From assembly GCA_027623675.1 (NCBI GenBank), contig JAQBVF010000005.1, positions 74,236 through 138,235 on the forward strand: 64,000 nt of DNA, written 5' to 3'. This stretch comes from Chloroflexota bacterium (GTDB lineage: Bacteria > Chloroflexota > Dehalococcoidia > Lucifugimonadales > UBA3495). Shown here one piece after another: positions 9,042-18,505 of the stretch (its first letter is position 1; the number at the start of each line of letters is the position of its first letter). A model generated the notes under the pieces. That model was not told the DNA's origin, made no database searches, and worked only from the letters and a program-made list of their open reading frames with translations. Position numbers and translations under genes: made by a program.

Positions 9042-10733
9042 ATGCCTGGCGAACTCGACCTTCGGACCACCATCGGCGACTTGCTCGACTCCCAAGCGGC
9101 GCGGTAGGGAGACCGGGAAGCGTTGGTCCACGTCGAAGCTGGGACGCGGTTCACCTACACCGGGTTCAAGGCAGAGTGCGACCGGGTGGCCCGCGGGCTG
9201 ATGGCTCTGGGCATCGAAAAAGGCCAGCACGTGGGCATCTGGGTCACCAACTACTCCGAATGGGTGGTCGCCCAATTCGCCACCGCCAAGATCGGCGCGG
9301 TGTTGGTCACCGTCAATCCCTCCTACCGGACCCACGAACTCCAGTACGTCCTAGAGCAATCAGAGGCCGATGCGCTGATACTCATCGGCCGGTTCCGGTC
9401 CTCCGATTACGTGGAGATGGCCAACGAGGTCATAACCGAGCTGAAAGACTCCGCACCCGGCGAACTGCACTGCGCCAAGCTGCCCCATCTGCGAAACGTC
9501 ATATTCATCCCGCCGCCATCAGATCCCCAGGTCAAGACGCCCAACGGCATGTGGTCCTGGGAAGACGTGCGCCGGAAGTCGTCGGAGGTCGGTGAGCCGG
9601 CGCTGGCGCAGCGTCAGGCGGCCTGCGACCCCGGCGACACCATCAACATCCAGTACACGTCGGGAACCACCGGCAACCCCAAGGGCGCCATGCTCACTCA
9701 CCACAACCTGGTGGCCAACGGGTATTACACCGGCGAGGGCATGAGATTCACCGAGGAAGACCGCCTCTGCATCCCGGTGCCCTTCTACCATTGTTTCGGC
9801 TGCGTGCTCGGCAACCTGGCCTGCGTGACCCACGGCTCCACCATGGTCATCCCATCGGAATATTTCGAGCCGCTCAAGGTCCTGCAAGCGGTGCAGCAAG
9901 AGAGGTGCACCGCCCTCCACGGCGTGCCCACCATGTTCATCGCCCAGTTGGGCCACGAACGGTTCGCCGATTTCGACCTCAGTTCCCTGCGCACCGGCAT
10001 GATGGCCGGTTCCCCCTGTCCCATCGAGGTGATGCGCCAGGTGGTGGACCGGATGGGCGCCAGGGAGATTACCATCGGCTATGGCCAGACGGAGGCGTCT
10101 CCGGTGATTACCCTCACCCGCACCGAGGACACCCTGGAACGCCGGGTCAGCACCGTCGGCACTGTCCTGCCCAACGTGGAGGTCAAGCTGGTGGACCCGG
10201 AGACTGGCGTCGAAACTCCAACCGGAGAGCAGGGCGAACTGCTGACCCGCAGCTTCATGGTGATGAAGGGTTACTACAACCTGCCCGAGGCCACCGCCGC
10301 CGCCATCGATGGGGACGGCTGGCTCCACACCGGGGACCTGGCTACCGTGGACGAAGCCGGCTACTACCGCATCACCGGCCGGCTGAAAGACATGATTATC
10401 CGGGGCGGCGAGAACGTTTATCCTCGGGAGGTCGAGGAGTTCCTCTACACCCACCCCAAGATCGCCGATGTCCAGGTGATCGGCGTGCCCGACGAACGGT
10501 TCGTGGAGGAGGTCATGGCCTGGGTGATGCCCAAGCCGGGAGAGACCATCGACGCCGAAGAGATCAGGGATTTCTGCCGGGGTAAGATCGCCCACTACAA
10601 GATCCCCCGCTACATCAAGACAGCCACGGAATTCCCTATGACGGTGACCGGAAAGATACAGAAGTTCCGCATGCGCGAGATGGCGATAGACGAACTGGGT
10701 TTACATAAAGCGGCCGGGATGGAAACGGCCTGA
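9042..10733 (+). CDS. AMP-binding acyl-CoA synthetase; in-frame TAG at 9105-9107 (pseudogene, sequencing error or shorter start at 9123)
   Basis: YTSGTTGNPKG, GYGQTE, WLHTGD and TVTGKIQK motifs; GAGGTG RBS before ATG 9042, in frame with 9123. Confidence 0.85.
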
Positions 10734-10833
10734 CCGCGGCGCCGCGCCAGCCTTTCGCCGCCCATTATCACTTCTCCTACAACCCGCCCCAGGCGGTGTA
10801 AGATAGCCCGGACTCCGGCGAAAGGAATGACCC

Positions 10834-11967
10834 ATGCCCAGCGAACTTGACCCGTCTGGTAGCCACGCGAAGTCCAGAAAACAACTTGACCGCAACAAAC
10901 TGAGCCTCGGCCTGTTCGGCGCCAATTGCTCCGGCGGCCTGGCAGTCACCACCGTTCCCGAGCGATGGGAAGCGAGTTGGGAGAACAACCAGAAACTTGC
11001 CCGTATGGCCGATGACGCCGGCCTGGATTTCATGCTGCCGCTGGGCCGTTGGAAGGGATACGGCGGTGTTACCGAACATAACGCATCCAACTTTGAGAGC
11101 CTGACCTGGGCGACCGGCATCCTGGCCAGCACCAGCAACATCATGGCTTTCGGCACGGTCCACGTCTCGGTATTCAACCCGGTGGTTGCCGCCAAGCAGA
11201 TGGTCACGGCCGACCATGTGGGCCAGGGGCGGTTCGGACTCAACATCGTCTGCGGCTGGAATTTCGATGAGTTCGACATGCTGGGCGTCAATCTCGCCCA
11301 GCACGACGACCGGTACGATCAGGGGCAAGAATGGATCGACGTCATCACCAGGGCGTGGTCTTGCGACGAGCCCTTTGACTACGAAGGCAGGTTCTATCAG
11401 GTCCGCCAGACCGACATCAACCCCAAGCCCTACGGCCATGAGCGGCCGCTGATCGTCTGCGCCGGAAACTCGCCCAGGGGCAGGGAGTTCGCGGCCCGCA
11501 ACGCCGACATGATGTTCACCAACCTGCGGAGCGAACTGGACGAGGTGCCCGCCAACACCGCGGCGCTCAAGAAGATGGCTGCGGGATACCACCGGGAGAT
11601 CGGGGTGTTTTCCAACGTCGCCGTGATCTGCCGCCCGACCCGGAAAGAGGCGGAGGAGTATTTCCGGTATTACGCGGTGGAGAACGCCGACCACGATGCG
11701 GTTGAGAACATGATAATTGGAAGAGGGCTGAAGAAGCCGGGCGTGCCGGAGGACGTTATACAGGCGGCAAGGCTCCGCGCGGCCGGCGGCAACGGTGCGA
11801 TGCCGATCATCGGCGGACCGGACGAGGTGGTGGCAACGATGAAACGCCTATCCGAGTCGGGGGTGACGGCCCTGGCCATCGGACTGACCAACTACCTGGA
11901 GCATTTCCCCTACTTCCGAGATGAGGTGCTGCCACGGCTGGTCCGCCAAGGGCTGCGCGCCGAGTAA
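10834..11967 (+). CDS. LLM-class flavin-dependent oxidoreductase (RutA-like clade)
   Basis: RWKGYGG, AAKQMVTADHVGQGRFGLNIVCGWN, AGNSPRG motifs. Confidence 0.9.
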   Translation: MPSELDPSGSHAKSRKQLDRNKLSLGLFGANCSGGLAVTTVPERWEASWENNQKLARMADDAGLDFMLPLGRWKGYGGVTEHNASNFESLTWATGILASTSNIMAFGTVHVSVFNPVVAAKQMVTADHVGQGRFGLNIVCGWNFDEFDMLGVNLAQHDDRYDQGQEWIDVITRAWSCDEPFDYEGRFYQVRQTDINPKPYGHERPLIVCAGNSPRGREFAARNADMMFTNLRSELDEVPANTAALKKMAAGYHREIGVFSNVAVICRPTRKEAEEYFRYYAVENADHDAVENMIIGRGLKKPGVPEDVIQAARLRAAGGNGAMPIIGGPDEVVATMKRLSESGVTALAIGLTNYLEHFPYFRDEVLPRLVRQGLRAE

Positions 11968-11986
11968 CTGACTGCTAGGCCTTCTG

Positions 11987-13141
11987 CTAGATACGTCCGT
12001 TCGGCTCCAACCCCAGAGCAACTCGGCCATACTGCAGCCCGCCCAACTCCATGATGAAGCCGTCGCGGCGGACCGCGGCCTGTATGTCCCGGTGGTGGCG
12101 CTGGAAGGCCGACGAATCGAATATGGCGTGGCCTCCGCTGAGTTCGAAAAGCCGGTTGACGGAGCTAAGGCAGGACTGGGCGACGAACGCCTTGTCCCGG
12201 CGAAAACGTGCCCGCTCCAGCGTGCTGAACGCCTCACCGTTGCGGGCCTTCTTAAACGTCTCCCGGATGTCGGCCCGCATCAGGGCGCGCGCCGCATCAA
12301 GCTCGGCCGATGACTGGGAGAGCCGCACCTGAACACCCTCAGAGTCCGCGGTGCGGCCCGGTCCCGATGTGCCGGTGAGCCGCTGGGTGAACTCGTCAAT
12401 CATGGCCATGGTGATGCCGATCATCGGGGCAACCAGGTCCCATCCCAACAAGACCAGAGCCGGCATGCGGTAGCGGTCGTCCTGGTGGATATCCCAACCG
12501 GTCCAGTCCCCGTCTCCGGCTTTCCTGCTTTCCGTGACCCGGTGACCGGGAACAAAGACGTCCTCCACGACGATGTCTTTGCTTCCGGTGCCCTTGAGGC
12601 CGGAGACGAACCAGGTGTCTATGATTTCATAATCGGAGCGTGGCAGCAGCATCCACACCAGACCGCCGGGTGTGTTTCCGCCCAGCATCACCCAGGCGGC
12701 GGCATCGCTCCCGCTGGAGAACTTCCAATGCCCGGAGAGCCGGTACCCTCCGGTCACCTTCTCCAACGTCGAAACGCCCGGGTTCAGGGAACTGGAGCAG
12801 AGGACATCGGGGCCGTCCCCGAAAACTTCCTGCTGTGCTTCGAGCGGCCAGAATCCAATCAGCCACGAGTGGGCCGACCAGATGCTGTAGCACCAACCGG
12901 TGGAGGCGCAGCCGCTGGACAGCACTGCACCGGCCTCAAGCATGGATCCGTATTCGACGTCCAGCCCGCCGAACCTCCGAGGAACTCCGATCCGGTGCAG
13001 ACCAGACGCCAATATGTCCTGGACCGATTCATCCGGGACCCGGCGCAGCAACTCAGTGTGGGCCGCCCGTTCTTTGAGGCCTGGTACCATGGCCGACGCT
13101 CTTTTAAGGAGTTCGTCCAGAGTCAGGGCTTGGTCAGCCAT
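11987..13141 (-). CDS. acyl-CoA dehydrogenase-fold flavin monooxygenase (HsaA/C2-like)
   Basis: LSGHWKFSSG, DTWFVSGLKGTGSKD, FQRHHRD motifs. Confidence 0.88.
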   Translation of the reverse strand: MADQALTLDELLKRASAMVPGLKERAAHTELLRRVPDESVQDILASGLHRIGVPRRFGGLDVEYGSMLEAGAVLSSGCASTGWCYSIWSAHSWLIGFWPLEAQQEVFGDGPDVLCSSSLNPGVSTLEKVTGGYRLSGHWKFSSGSDAAAWVMLGGNTPGGLVWMLLPRSDYEIIDTWFVSGLKGTGSKDIVVEDVFVPGHRVTESRKAGDGDWTGWDIHQDDRYRMPALVLLGWDLVAPMIGITMAMIDEFTQRLTGTSGPGRTADSEGVQVRLSQSSAELDAARALMRADIRETFKKARNGEAFSTLERARFRRDKAFVAQSCLSSVNRLFELSGGHAIFDSSAFQRHHRDIQAAVRRDGFIMELGGLQYGRVALGLEPNGRI

Positions 13142-13173
13142 TGGTCCCCTCAGTCACGGTTGGCTCCAGCCTC

Positions 13174-13611
13174 CTAGCTGGCGGGCTCTGCGATGAAGAC
13201 CGGGATCACGCGGTCGGTCTTGTCTTGGTATTCCTGGTACGGCGGGTAGGCTTCGACGGCTATGTCCCACAGCCGCTTCCGCTCGGACGCGTCTACCACC
13301 TCTCTCACCCGCATGGAATGGACCGCCGTCTTGTCGCGAATCTCAACGTTGGGGTCCGCCTTCAGGTTGTAATACCACACCGGGTGTTTGGGCGAGCCGC
13401 CCTGGGACGCCACCAGGATATAGTTGCCGCCGTCCACCGCCCGCATCAGGGGGGTCTTTCGGATGGCGCCCGTCTTGTTGCCTTGGTTGGTTACGATGAT
13501 GACCGGCAGCCCGGTGTCTCTAAGGGTCAGGCCCTGGGTGCCCTGGCTGCCTTCATATAATTCCACCTGATCTCTGACCCACTCGCGGGCGCTGGGTATG
13601 TATTCAGCCAT
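13174..13611 (-). CDS. deazaflavin (F420)-dependent nitroreductase family protein (Ddn-like)
   Basis: RKTPLM, VASQGGSPKHPVWYYNLKADP and YQEYQDKTDRVIPV motifs; GAGGTG RBS. Confidence 0.92.
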   Translation of the reverse strand: MAEYIPSAREWVRDQVELYEGSQGTQGLTLRDTGLPVIIVTNQGNKTGAIRKTPLMRAVDGGNYILVASQGGSPKHPVWYYNLKADPNVEIRDKTAVHSMRVREVVDASERKRLWDIAVEAYPPYQEYQDKTDRVIPVFIAEPAS

Positions 13612-13641
13612 CGTGATCACCTCTTCGATCTTCGGAACGGT

Positions 13642-14352
13642 CTAGTGTTCGGCGGCGTCCGACGCCACGGGGTTGAACGTCACCCGAAGCACGGGTGCGT
13701 TGGACTCGTTGCGCCATTGGTGCAGGGTATCCGGCGGGACCAGTATGGCGTCGCCCTCGGTTACGGCGTAGTCAATGCCGCCGCAGGCCAGGACGCCCGT
13801 GCCTTCCAGCACATAGACCACATGCTCCCACGCGTGGGTGTGGCCGCCGGTCTCGGGATGGCTCACCGCGCCCGGGGCCATGGCGCCGTTATACAGCATC
13901 ACGTAGGTGGGCACGCCGTCGTTCAAGCCAAGGATGCGGCTGCCGGTTTGGGCGTTCAGGTCGGCGAAGTTGCGGATGACCGGGGCTTCGCCTGTGCCGG
14001 CGCCGCCGTTGTTGCCGGCGCCTCCGCTCTGGGCCGCGATCAGCGGGTTGATCTCGACGCGGCGGATGTTACCCTTGCCGCCGTCATTCAGGGTGTAGTG
14101 GTCCACATTGCCGGGGATATACATGGCATCGCCGGCTTTCACCGGGTACTCCTTGCCGTCGCAGTGGAGAGTGCCAACGCCCTCCATGATGTAGACCTCG
14201 TGCTCCCACTTGTGGATGTGGTGAGAGCTGGTCTTGCCCGGCTCGATCACCGAGTAGCTCATGGTGCAGGTGGGCGGGTTGTCGTCCAGGGAGATGAGAC
14301 GGGCCGGCTGGCCTGGCTCGAAGGTTCTGAAATTTCTGATCACTGGTTCCAT
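13642..14352 (-). CDS. bicupin protein
   Basis: two HxHxWEH cupin metal-binding motifs; internal PVIRNF repeat. Confidence 0.88.
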   Translation of the reverse strand: MEPVIRNFRTFEPGQPARLISLDDNPPTCTMSYSVIEPGKTSSHHIHKWEHEVYIMEGVGTLHCDGKEYPVKAGDAMYIPGNVDHYTLNDGGKGNIRRVEINPLIAAQSGGAGNNGGAGTGEAPVIRNFADLNAQTGSRILGLNDGVPTYVMLYNGAMAPGAVSHPETGGHTHAWEHVVYVLEGTGVLACGGIDYAVTEGDAILVPPDTLHQWRNESNAPVLRVTFNPVASDAAEH

Positions 14353-14520
14353 GGTGGCGGCTCCTTGTTCGGATATTCGTTACTAGTATAGCGGCAGAAT
14401 CTTGCCGCAACGGAAGGCGCTCTCGCGGTCCAGTCAAGATTAATCGGACTGCCACTGGATATCAACAGGGCGGGGTTAACGCGCCAGGGTTTTTCCAATA
14501 TGACTTAATCGTCGATCTCG

Positions 14521-14624
14521 CCGCTCAGCCTGAGGCTCTCGAAGGGACGGCGCCGGTCTAGGTGCTGGTCAAGAGAAACAGGGTCCAACCCCAAAGGGTG
14601 GTTCGTTAGGCTCACCATGAGCGG
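14521..14624. repeat. REP-like inverted pair
   Basis: CCGCTCAGCCTGAGGCTCTCGAAGG ... GTGGTTCGTTAGGCTCACCATGAGCGG; related to the 4355-4422 repeats. Confidence 0.6.
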
Positions 14625-14662
14625 CCATGTTACCTAAATGTTCTCGATGACAAAAACCCTGG

Positions 14663-15958
14663 TTAATGGGCTGGGGCCATGCCGGCGCCCGAGGGCCTTC
14701 GCTCCCTGATGGTGAATACCGTCACAGTGGCGATGATCAAGAGGATGATGTTGCTCCAGATGGCGATGTCGTAGGTGCCTCGGGAGTCGTAGAGCAGCCC
14801 GCCCAGGTAAGCGCCTAAGCCCGAACCCAGGGGCATCACGGCGAACATGGCACCGTAGATGGTGCCAAGTTTGGTGGTCCCGAACCGGTCTGAGGCATAG
14901 GCCGCGGTGATGGAAACCACGGCATTCCAGGAGAACCCCACCAGCAGCACCCCGGCGAGCAACACGCCGATGCCAAGAGATGGAACATTGAGGAACGGTA
15001 TCCCCATGGAGAGCAACACGAGGATGAAACCCAATGCCCTGAGATTGTAGGAAAAGCTCAGGTAGATCCGCCGGCCGTGTCCGTCCGAAAGGTGTCCCAA
15101 TACCAGCGCCCCGGCGATGGCGGCGGCGCCGATCAAGCTGAACGCTCCGGCGGCCACCATCTTGTGGTAGCCCAGGTCCTGCACGTAGGTGACGAAATGA
15201 GCGTTCACGAAGCTCATGGAATAGCCTCAAACGAAGTATCCCAAGGTTAGCCGGTAGAACAGAGGGGTATGGAACGCTTCCCGGACAGTTGCGTCCCGCC
15301 CCAGTAATTTCTCCCCATCAGACCTGGCTTGATGGCCGGCGGTTGTGCCGGCCCCAAACGGTTCCAACCCCATGTCCTGAGGCTTGTTTCGAATCAGCAG
15401 GAGCCCGGCGGGCAGCACCAGCACCAACAGCAACAAGCCTAAGAACCAGTAGGCATCTTTCCAGTCGAAGAGCACGAGGAAGAGCGAAGCTGCCGGTACC
15501 AGGATCATCGCCCCGAACGAACCCGCGCCGCTGACCAGCCCCATGGTCAGACCCCTGCGGGTGTGGAACCAGCTGCCGACCACTTTCGTCAGAATAGGGC
15601 CGGTGCCGAGGGTGATGCCGATGCTCATGATGGCGAACAGGGCGTAGAGCTGGCCCAAGCTCTCGATGAACGGTATGAACAACAGTATCGTTCCCATCAC
15701 CGCCACGCCGGAGAGCATGGCCGTCTTGGCGCTGTAGCGGTCGGCCAGATACCCCGCCAACGGACGCAGCAGGCCAGAGATCATGAAGGTCAGGGCGAAG
15801 GCCAGCGAGAGGGAGCCGCGGCTCCAGCCGAACTCCTCGGTCATCGGCTTGAGAAAGACGCCGAACGAGAACTGGCCGCCGGCAACCCCGAACGACACCA
15901 GCACGCATCCCGCCACCACGAACCAGCCGTAGAAATACTTCCGGCCGAATAATCTCAT
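14663..15958 (-). CDS. MFS transporter (OFA/MCT-like), 431 aa if the in-frame UGA at 15227-15229 is read as selenocysteine
   Basis: ORFs 15227..15958 and 14663..15217 share one frame; the join reads LGYFV*GYSMSFVNAHF; MFS motif A occurs in both halves (GYLADRYS, GHLSDGHGRR). Confidence 0.85.
15197..15217 (-). promoter_or_regulatory. candidate bacterial SECIS element
   Basis: mRNA reads UGA-GGCUAUUCC-AUGAGC-UU-CGUG-AA-C-GCUCAU: perfect 6-bp stem plus upper pairs, GU in the apical loop about 17 nt after the UGA. Confidence 0.65.
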
Positions 15959-16030
15959 TCTTGGCTCTCCGCGGTTATACAGCTGGACCGGTCCGGGATT
16001 CCTCGTTTGTTTCGGGAAACTACCTGTTGC

Positions 16031-16060
16031 AAGCCGGGAATCACAAATGATTCCCGGCTT
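16031..16060. terminator. 13-bp perfect hairpin between rhodanese and MFS genes
   Basis: AAGCCGGGAATCA-CAAA-TGATTCCCGGCTT; weak T-tract. Confidence 0.55.
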
Positions 16061-16113
16061 CGCTTAAACCTTAGCGAAACATTAGTGATCTTGGTTGAGG
16101 TCTGGCCGCCCCG

Positions 16114-16983
16114 CTAGCCGGTCTGCATGGGCAATGACGGGTCTGACGCCCATTCTGACATCGAAGCGTCGTACACCGCCACATTCTCGTATCCCAGCAA
16201 CGTCAAGATGAAGGCGTCGTTGCTGGCCGCGATCCCCCCGCCGCAGTAGGTGATAACCCGCTCTGCGGGGTCCGCGCCGACCTGGGCGAACCGTTCCGCC
16301 AGTTGCTCGGCTGGGAGATAGGCGTGGGTGACCGGGTCCATCAGGTCGCCCGCCGGTACGTTGACGCTGCCGGCGATGCGCCCGGCGCGCCCGTAGTTGG
16401 CGCCGCCGCTGCCCAGGTGCTGTTCCTGGCTTAACGCATTCAGCACGCAGGCGGCGCCCTGTTCCAACGCCGCCAGCACCTCGCTCTTATCAGCCATGAG
16501 CCCGGTCCTGGGTCTGGCGTGGAATATGGTGGGGGGATAGTCCCGTTGTTCCGTCGTTACCGGCCGGCCCTCCAGCTTCCATTTTTGAAGGCCGCCGTTC
16601 AGGACAAAGGCGTTGTCGAATCCGAAAGCCCGGAGCATCCACCAGATACGGGTCGCCCAGGAACCGGACGTTGAGTCGTACAGCACCGCCCGGGCGCCCA
16701 CGCCCACCCCGTATCCGGACATGGCCCTGGCGAACTGTTCAACCGGCGGGAGCATGTATCGGAAGGCGGCAGACCGGTCCGAGAGGTCGTTTACGAGGTC
16801 GGCATGGCCGGCGCCGGGGATGTGTTCCGCTGCCCAAGACTCGCGCCCGCTCGCCGCCCGGATGCCGCCGCTGCCATCGGGCAGGTTAAATGCGGTGCAG
16901 TCCAGAACGCGTATGTCACTGTCGTTCAGATGCTCGGCGAGCCAATCCGTCTCCACCAAGAATTGTGGATACTTAAATGGCAT
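16114..16983 (-). CDS. tandem-domain sulfurtransferase (rhodanese/SseA family)
   Basis: HIPGA, ATRIWWML, GRIAGS, active-site YCGGGIAA, VYDASMSEW; GGAGG RBS. Confidence 0.93.
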   Translation of the reverse strand: MPFKYPQFLVETDWLAEHLNDSDIRVLDCTAFNLPDGSGGIRAASGRESWAAEHIPGAGHADLVNDLSDRSAAFRYMLPPVEQFARAMSGYGVGVGARAVLYDSTSGSWATRIWWMLRAFGFDNAFVLNGGLQKWKLEGRPVTTEQRDYPPTIFHARPRTGLMADKSEVLAALEQGAACVLNALSQEQHLGSGGANYGRAGRIAGSVNVPAGDLMDPVTHAYLPAEQLAERFAQVGADPAERVITYCGGGIAASNDAFILTLLGYENVAVYDASMSEWASDPSLPMQTG

Positions 16984-17316
16984 CTTGGACCCTCCATTGA
17001 TTTTTCCGGACCAGGTTATTCTGCCGGACCTGGGAAGTTTCGCCAGACTTGGGCTGGAGACCATGATAGGTTACCTAATCTGGTCAATAATATCGCGGCC
17101 GGTGCTCGACATAACAGAGGGCAGTATTATCATTTTTATGATGGATCCCGTAAAGGGATATCGGTTGACGCTGGCATCGCGGCCCAACCATAATCCGGTG
17201 GGTAAGCACAACGGGAAGAGATGCCGGATAGGCTCGCGAAAACCGGTCTCCCGTCAGCAAGTTAGTCTGATTCTAGCCCAGGCTTCGGCCTGTGCCACCA
17301 ACACTAGGAGGCTAAG

Positions 17317-18390
17317 ATGCCGGACCCAGCGTTGAATTCGTATAAAGACCTTAACGTTCTTTCCGCGGACCCGGTCTGTGCCGGGGTATTCCTGCGCGAC
17401 ATGGAAGCGCCCGTGTCTTCCACGGAGGGCCACTTCATCCGCAGTCACTTTCCGGCGCCTCAGGTGGAGGCTGCCGATTGGTCGCTGCCGGTCACCGGCG
17501 ACGTGGACAACTCCCTTGACCTCAGTTACTACGACCTGCTCAATATGCCCAGCCACGAGGTCGTGAGCATCATGGAATGTGCCGGCAACAGCCGGTCGAC
17601 CATGCAGCCCCCGGCTGAGGGCGTCCAGTGGGACAATGGGGGACTGGGCGTTTCACGGTGGAAGGGTGTTCCGGTCAAGACCGTGCTGGAACGGGCATCC
17701 CTCAAGGGCGTCGCCACCGACGTTTTGTTCGAGGGCCTGGATTCGGGCACCGAGCCGCACTCGGGTGGCGAACTGGTCTATGCCATGAGCGTGCCGCTGG
17801 CGAAATTGCTGGACCCCGACACCATCTTGGCCTATGAGATGAACGGCGAGACCATCCCCAAGGACCACGGCTTCCCCGTCCGCCTGCTGGTTCCCGGCTG
17901 GTACGGCATGGCCTCGGTCAAATGGCTGGCCAAGATCACGGTTATGGACCACCCAAACTGCGGCTTCCATGAGATGGACTACCGCATATATCCGGCCACC
18001 GACGGCAAGAGCGACGCAAAAGCCAAGCGCGTCACCAAGCTGAAGGTTAAGTCGCTGATCAGCTCTCCGGTAAAAGGAGACGTCCTTTGCCCCGGCTCCC
18101 ATACTATCAAGGGCGTGGCTTGGTCGGGCGACGGGCACATCACCAAGGTTGAGGTTAGCACCGACGACAACCGCACCTGGCGCGAGGCCAAGCTGGAGGC
18201 GCCGGTCGGCAACTACTCGTGGCAGCACTGGGAGATTGACTGGGACGCAGCGGCTACGGGGCACTCGCTGCTCCGTTCCAGGGCCACCGACAGCCAGGGC
18301 AACGTTCAGCCCATGCTGGCGCCATGGAATTTCCGGGGCTACCAGGTGAACTCGATACATTCCGTGCCCGTCACGGTACGCAAGCCCTAG
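17317..18390 (+). CDS. sulfite oxidase family molybdoenzyme (no evident signal peptide)
   Basis: FIRSH, MECAGN (Mo-ligand Cys), DHGFPVRLLVPGWYGMASVKWL, C-terminal dimerisation domain. Confidence 0.93.
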   Translation: MPDPALNSYKDLNVLSADPVCAGVFLRDMEAPVSSTEGHFIRSHFPAPQVEAADWSLPVTGDVDNSLDLSYYDLLNMPSHEVVSIMECAGNSRSTMQPPAEGVQWDNGGLGVSRWKGVPVKTVLERASLKGVATDVLFEGLDSGTEPHSGGELVYAMSVPLAKLLDPDTILAYEMNGETIPKDHGFPVRLLVPGWYGMASVKWLAKITVMDHPNCGFHEMDYRIYPATDGKSDAKAKRVTKLKVKSLISSPVKGDVLCPGSHTIKGVAWSGDGHITKVEVSTDDNRTWREAKLEAPVGNYSWQHWEIDWDAAATGHSLLRSRATDSQGNVQPMLAPWNFRGYQVNSIHSVPVTVRKP

Positions 18391-18419
18391 CTGCGGACTG
18401 GAATACGCCTGAACCTGGG

Positions 18420-18471
18420 AAACGTAAAAAGCCCTGGCGGGTTGATCAACCCGCCAGGGCTTTTTACGTTT
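18420..18471. terminator. bidirectional terminator, 52-bp perfect palindrome
   Basis: AAACGTAAAAAGCCCTGGCGGGTTGA|TCAACCCGCCAGGGCTTTTTACGTTT between convergent genes. Confidence 0.85.
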
Positions 18472-18505
18472 GAACCAGGCCTTAATCTTCGACGGACTCG
18501 GGAGT

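Noticed and set aside
9519..10595. Long antisense ORFs (also 17653-18591, 27400-28329, 31847-32764 and others)
   Set aside because: Shadow ORFs expected opposite high-GC3 genes; no recognisable motifs
15227..15229. Genome-wide UGA reassignment (code 4 or 25) as the explanation for the MFS UGA
   Set aside because: Many genes here end normally at TGA (for example pgk and purS), and Trp is encoded by TGG
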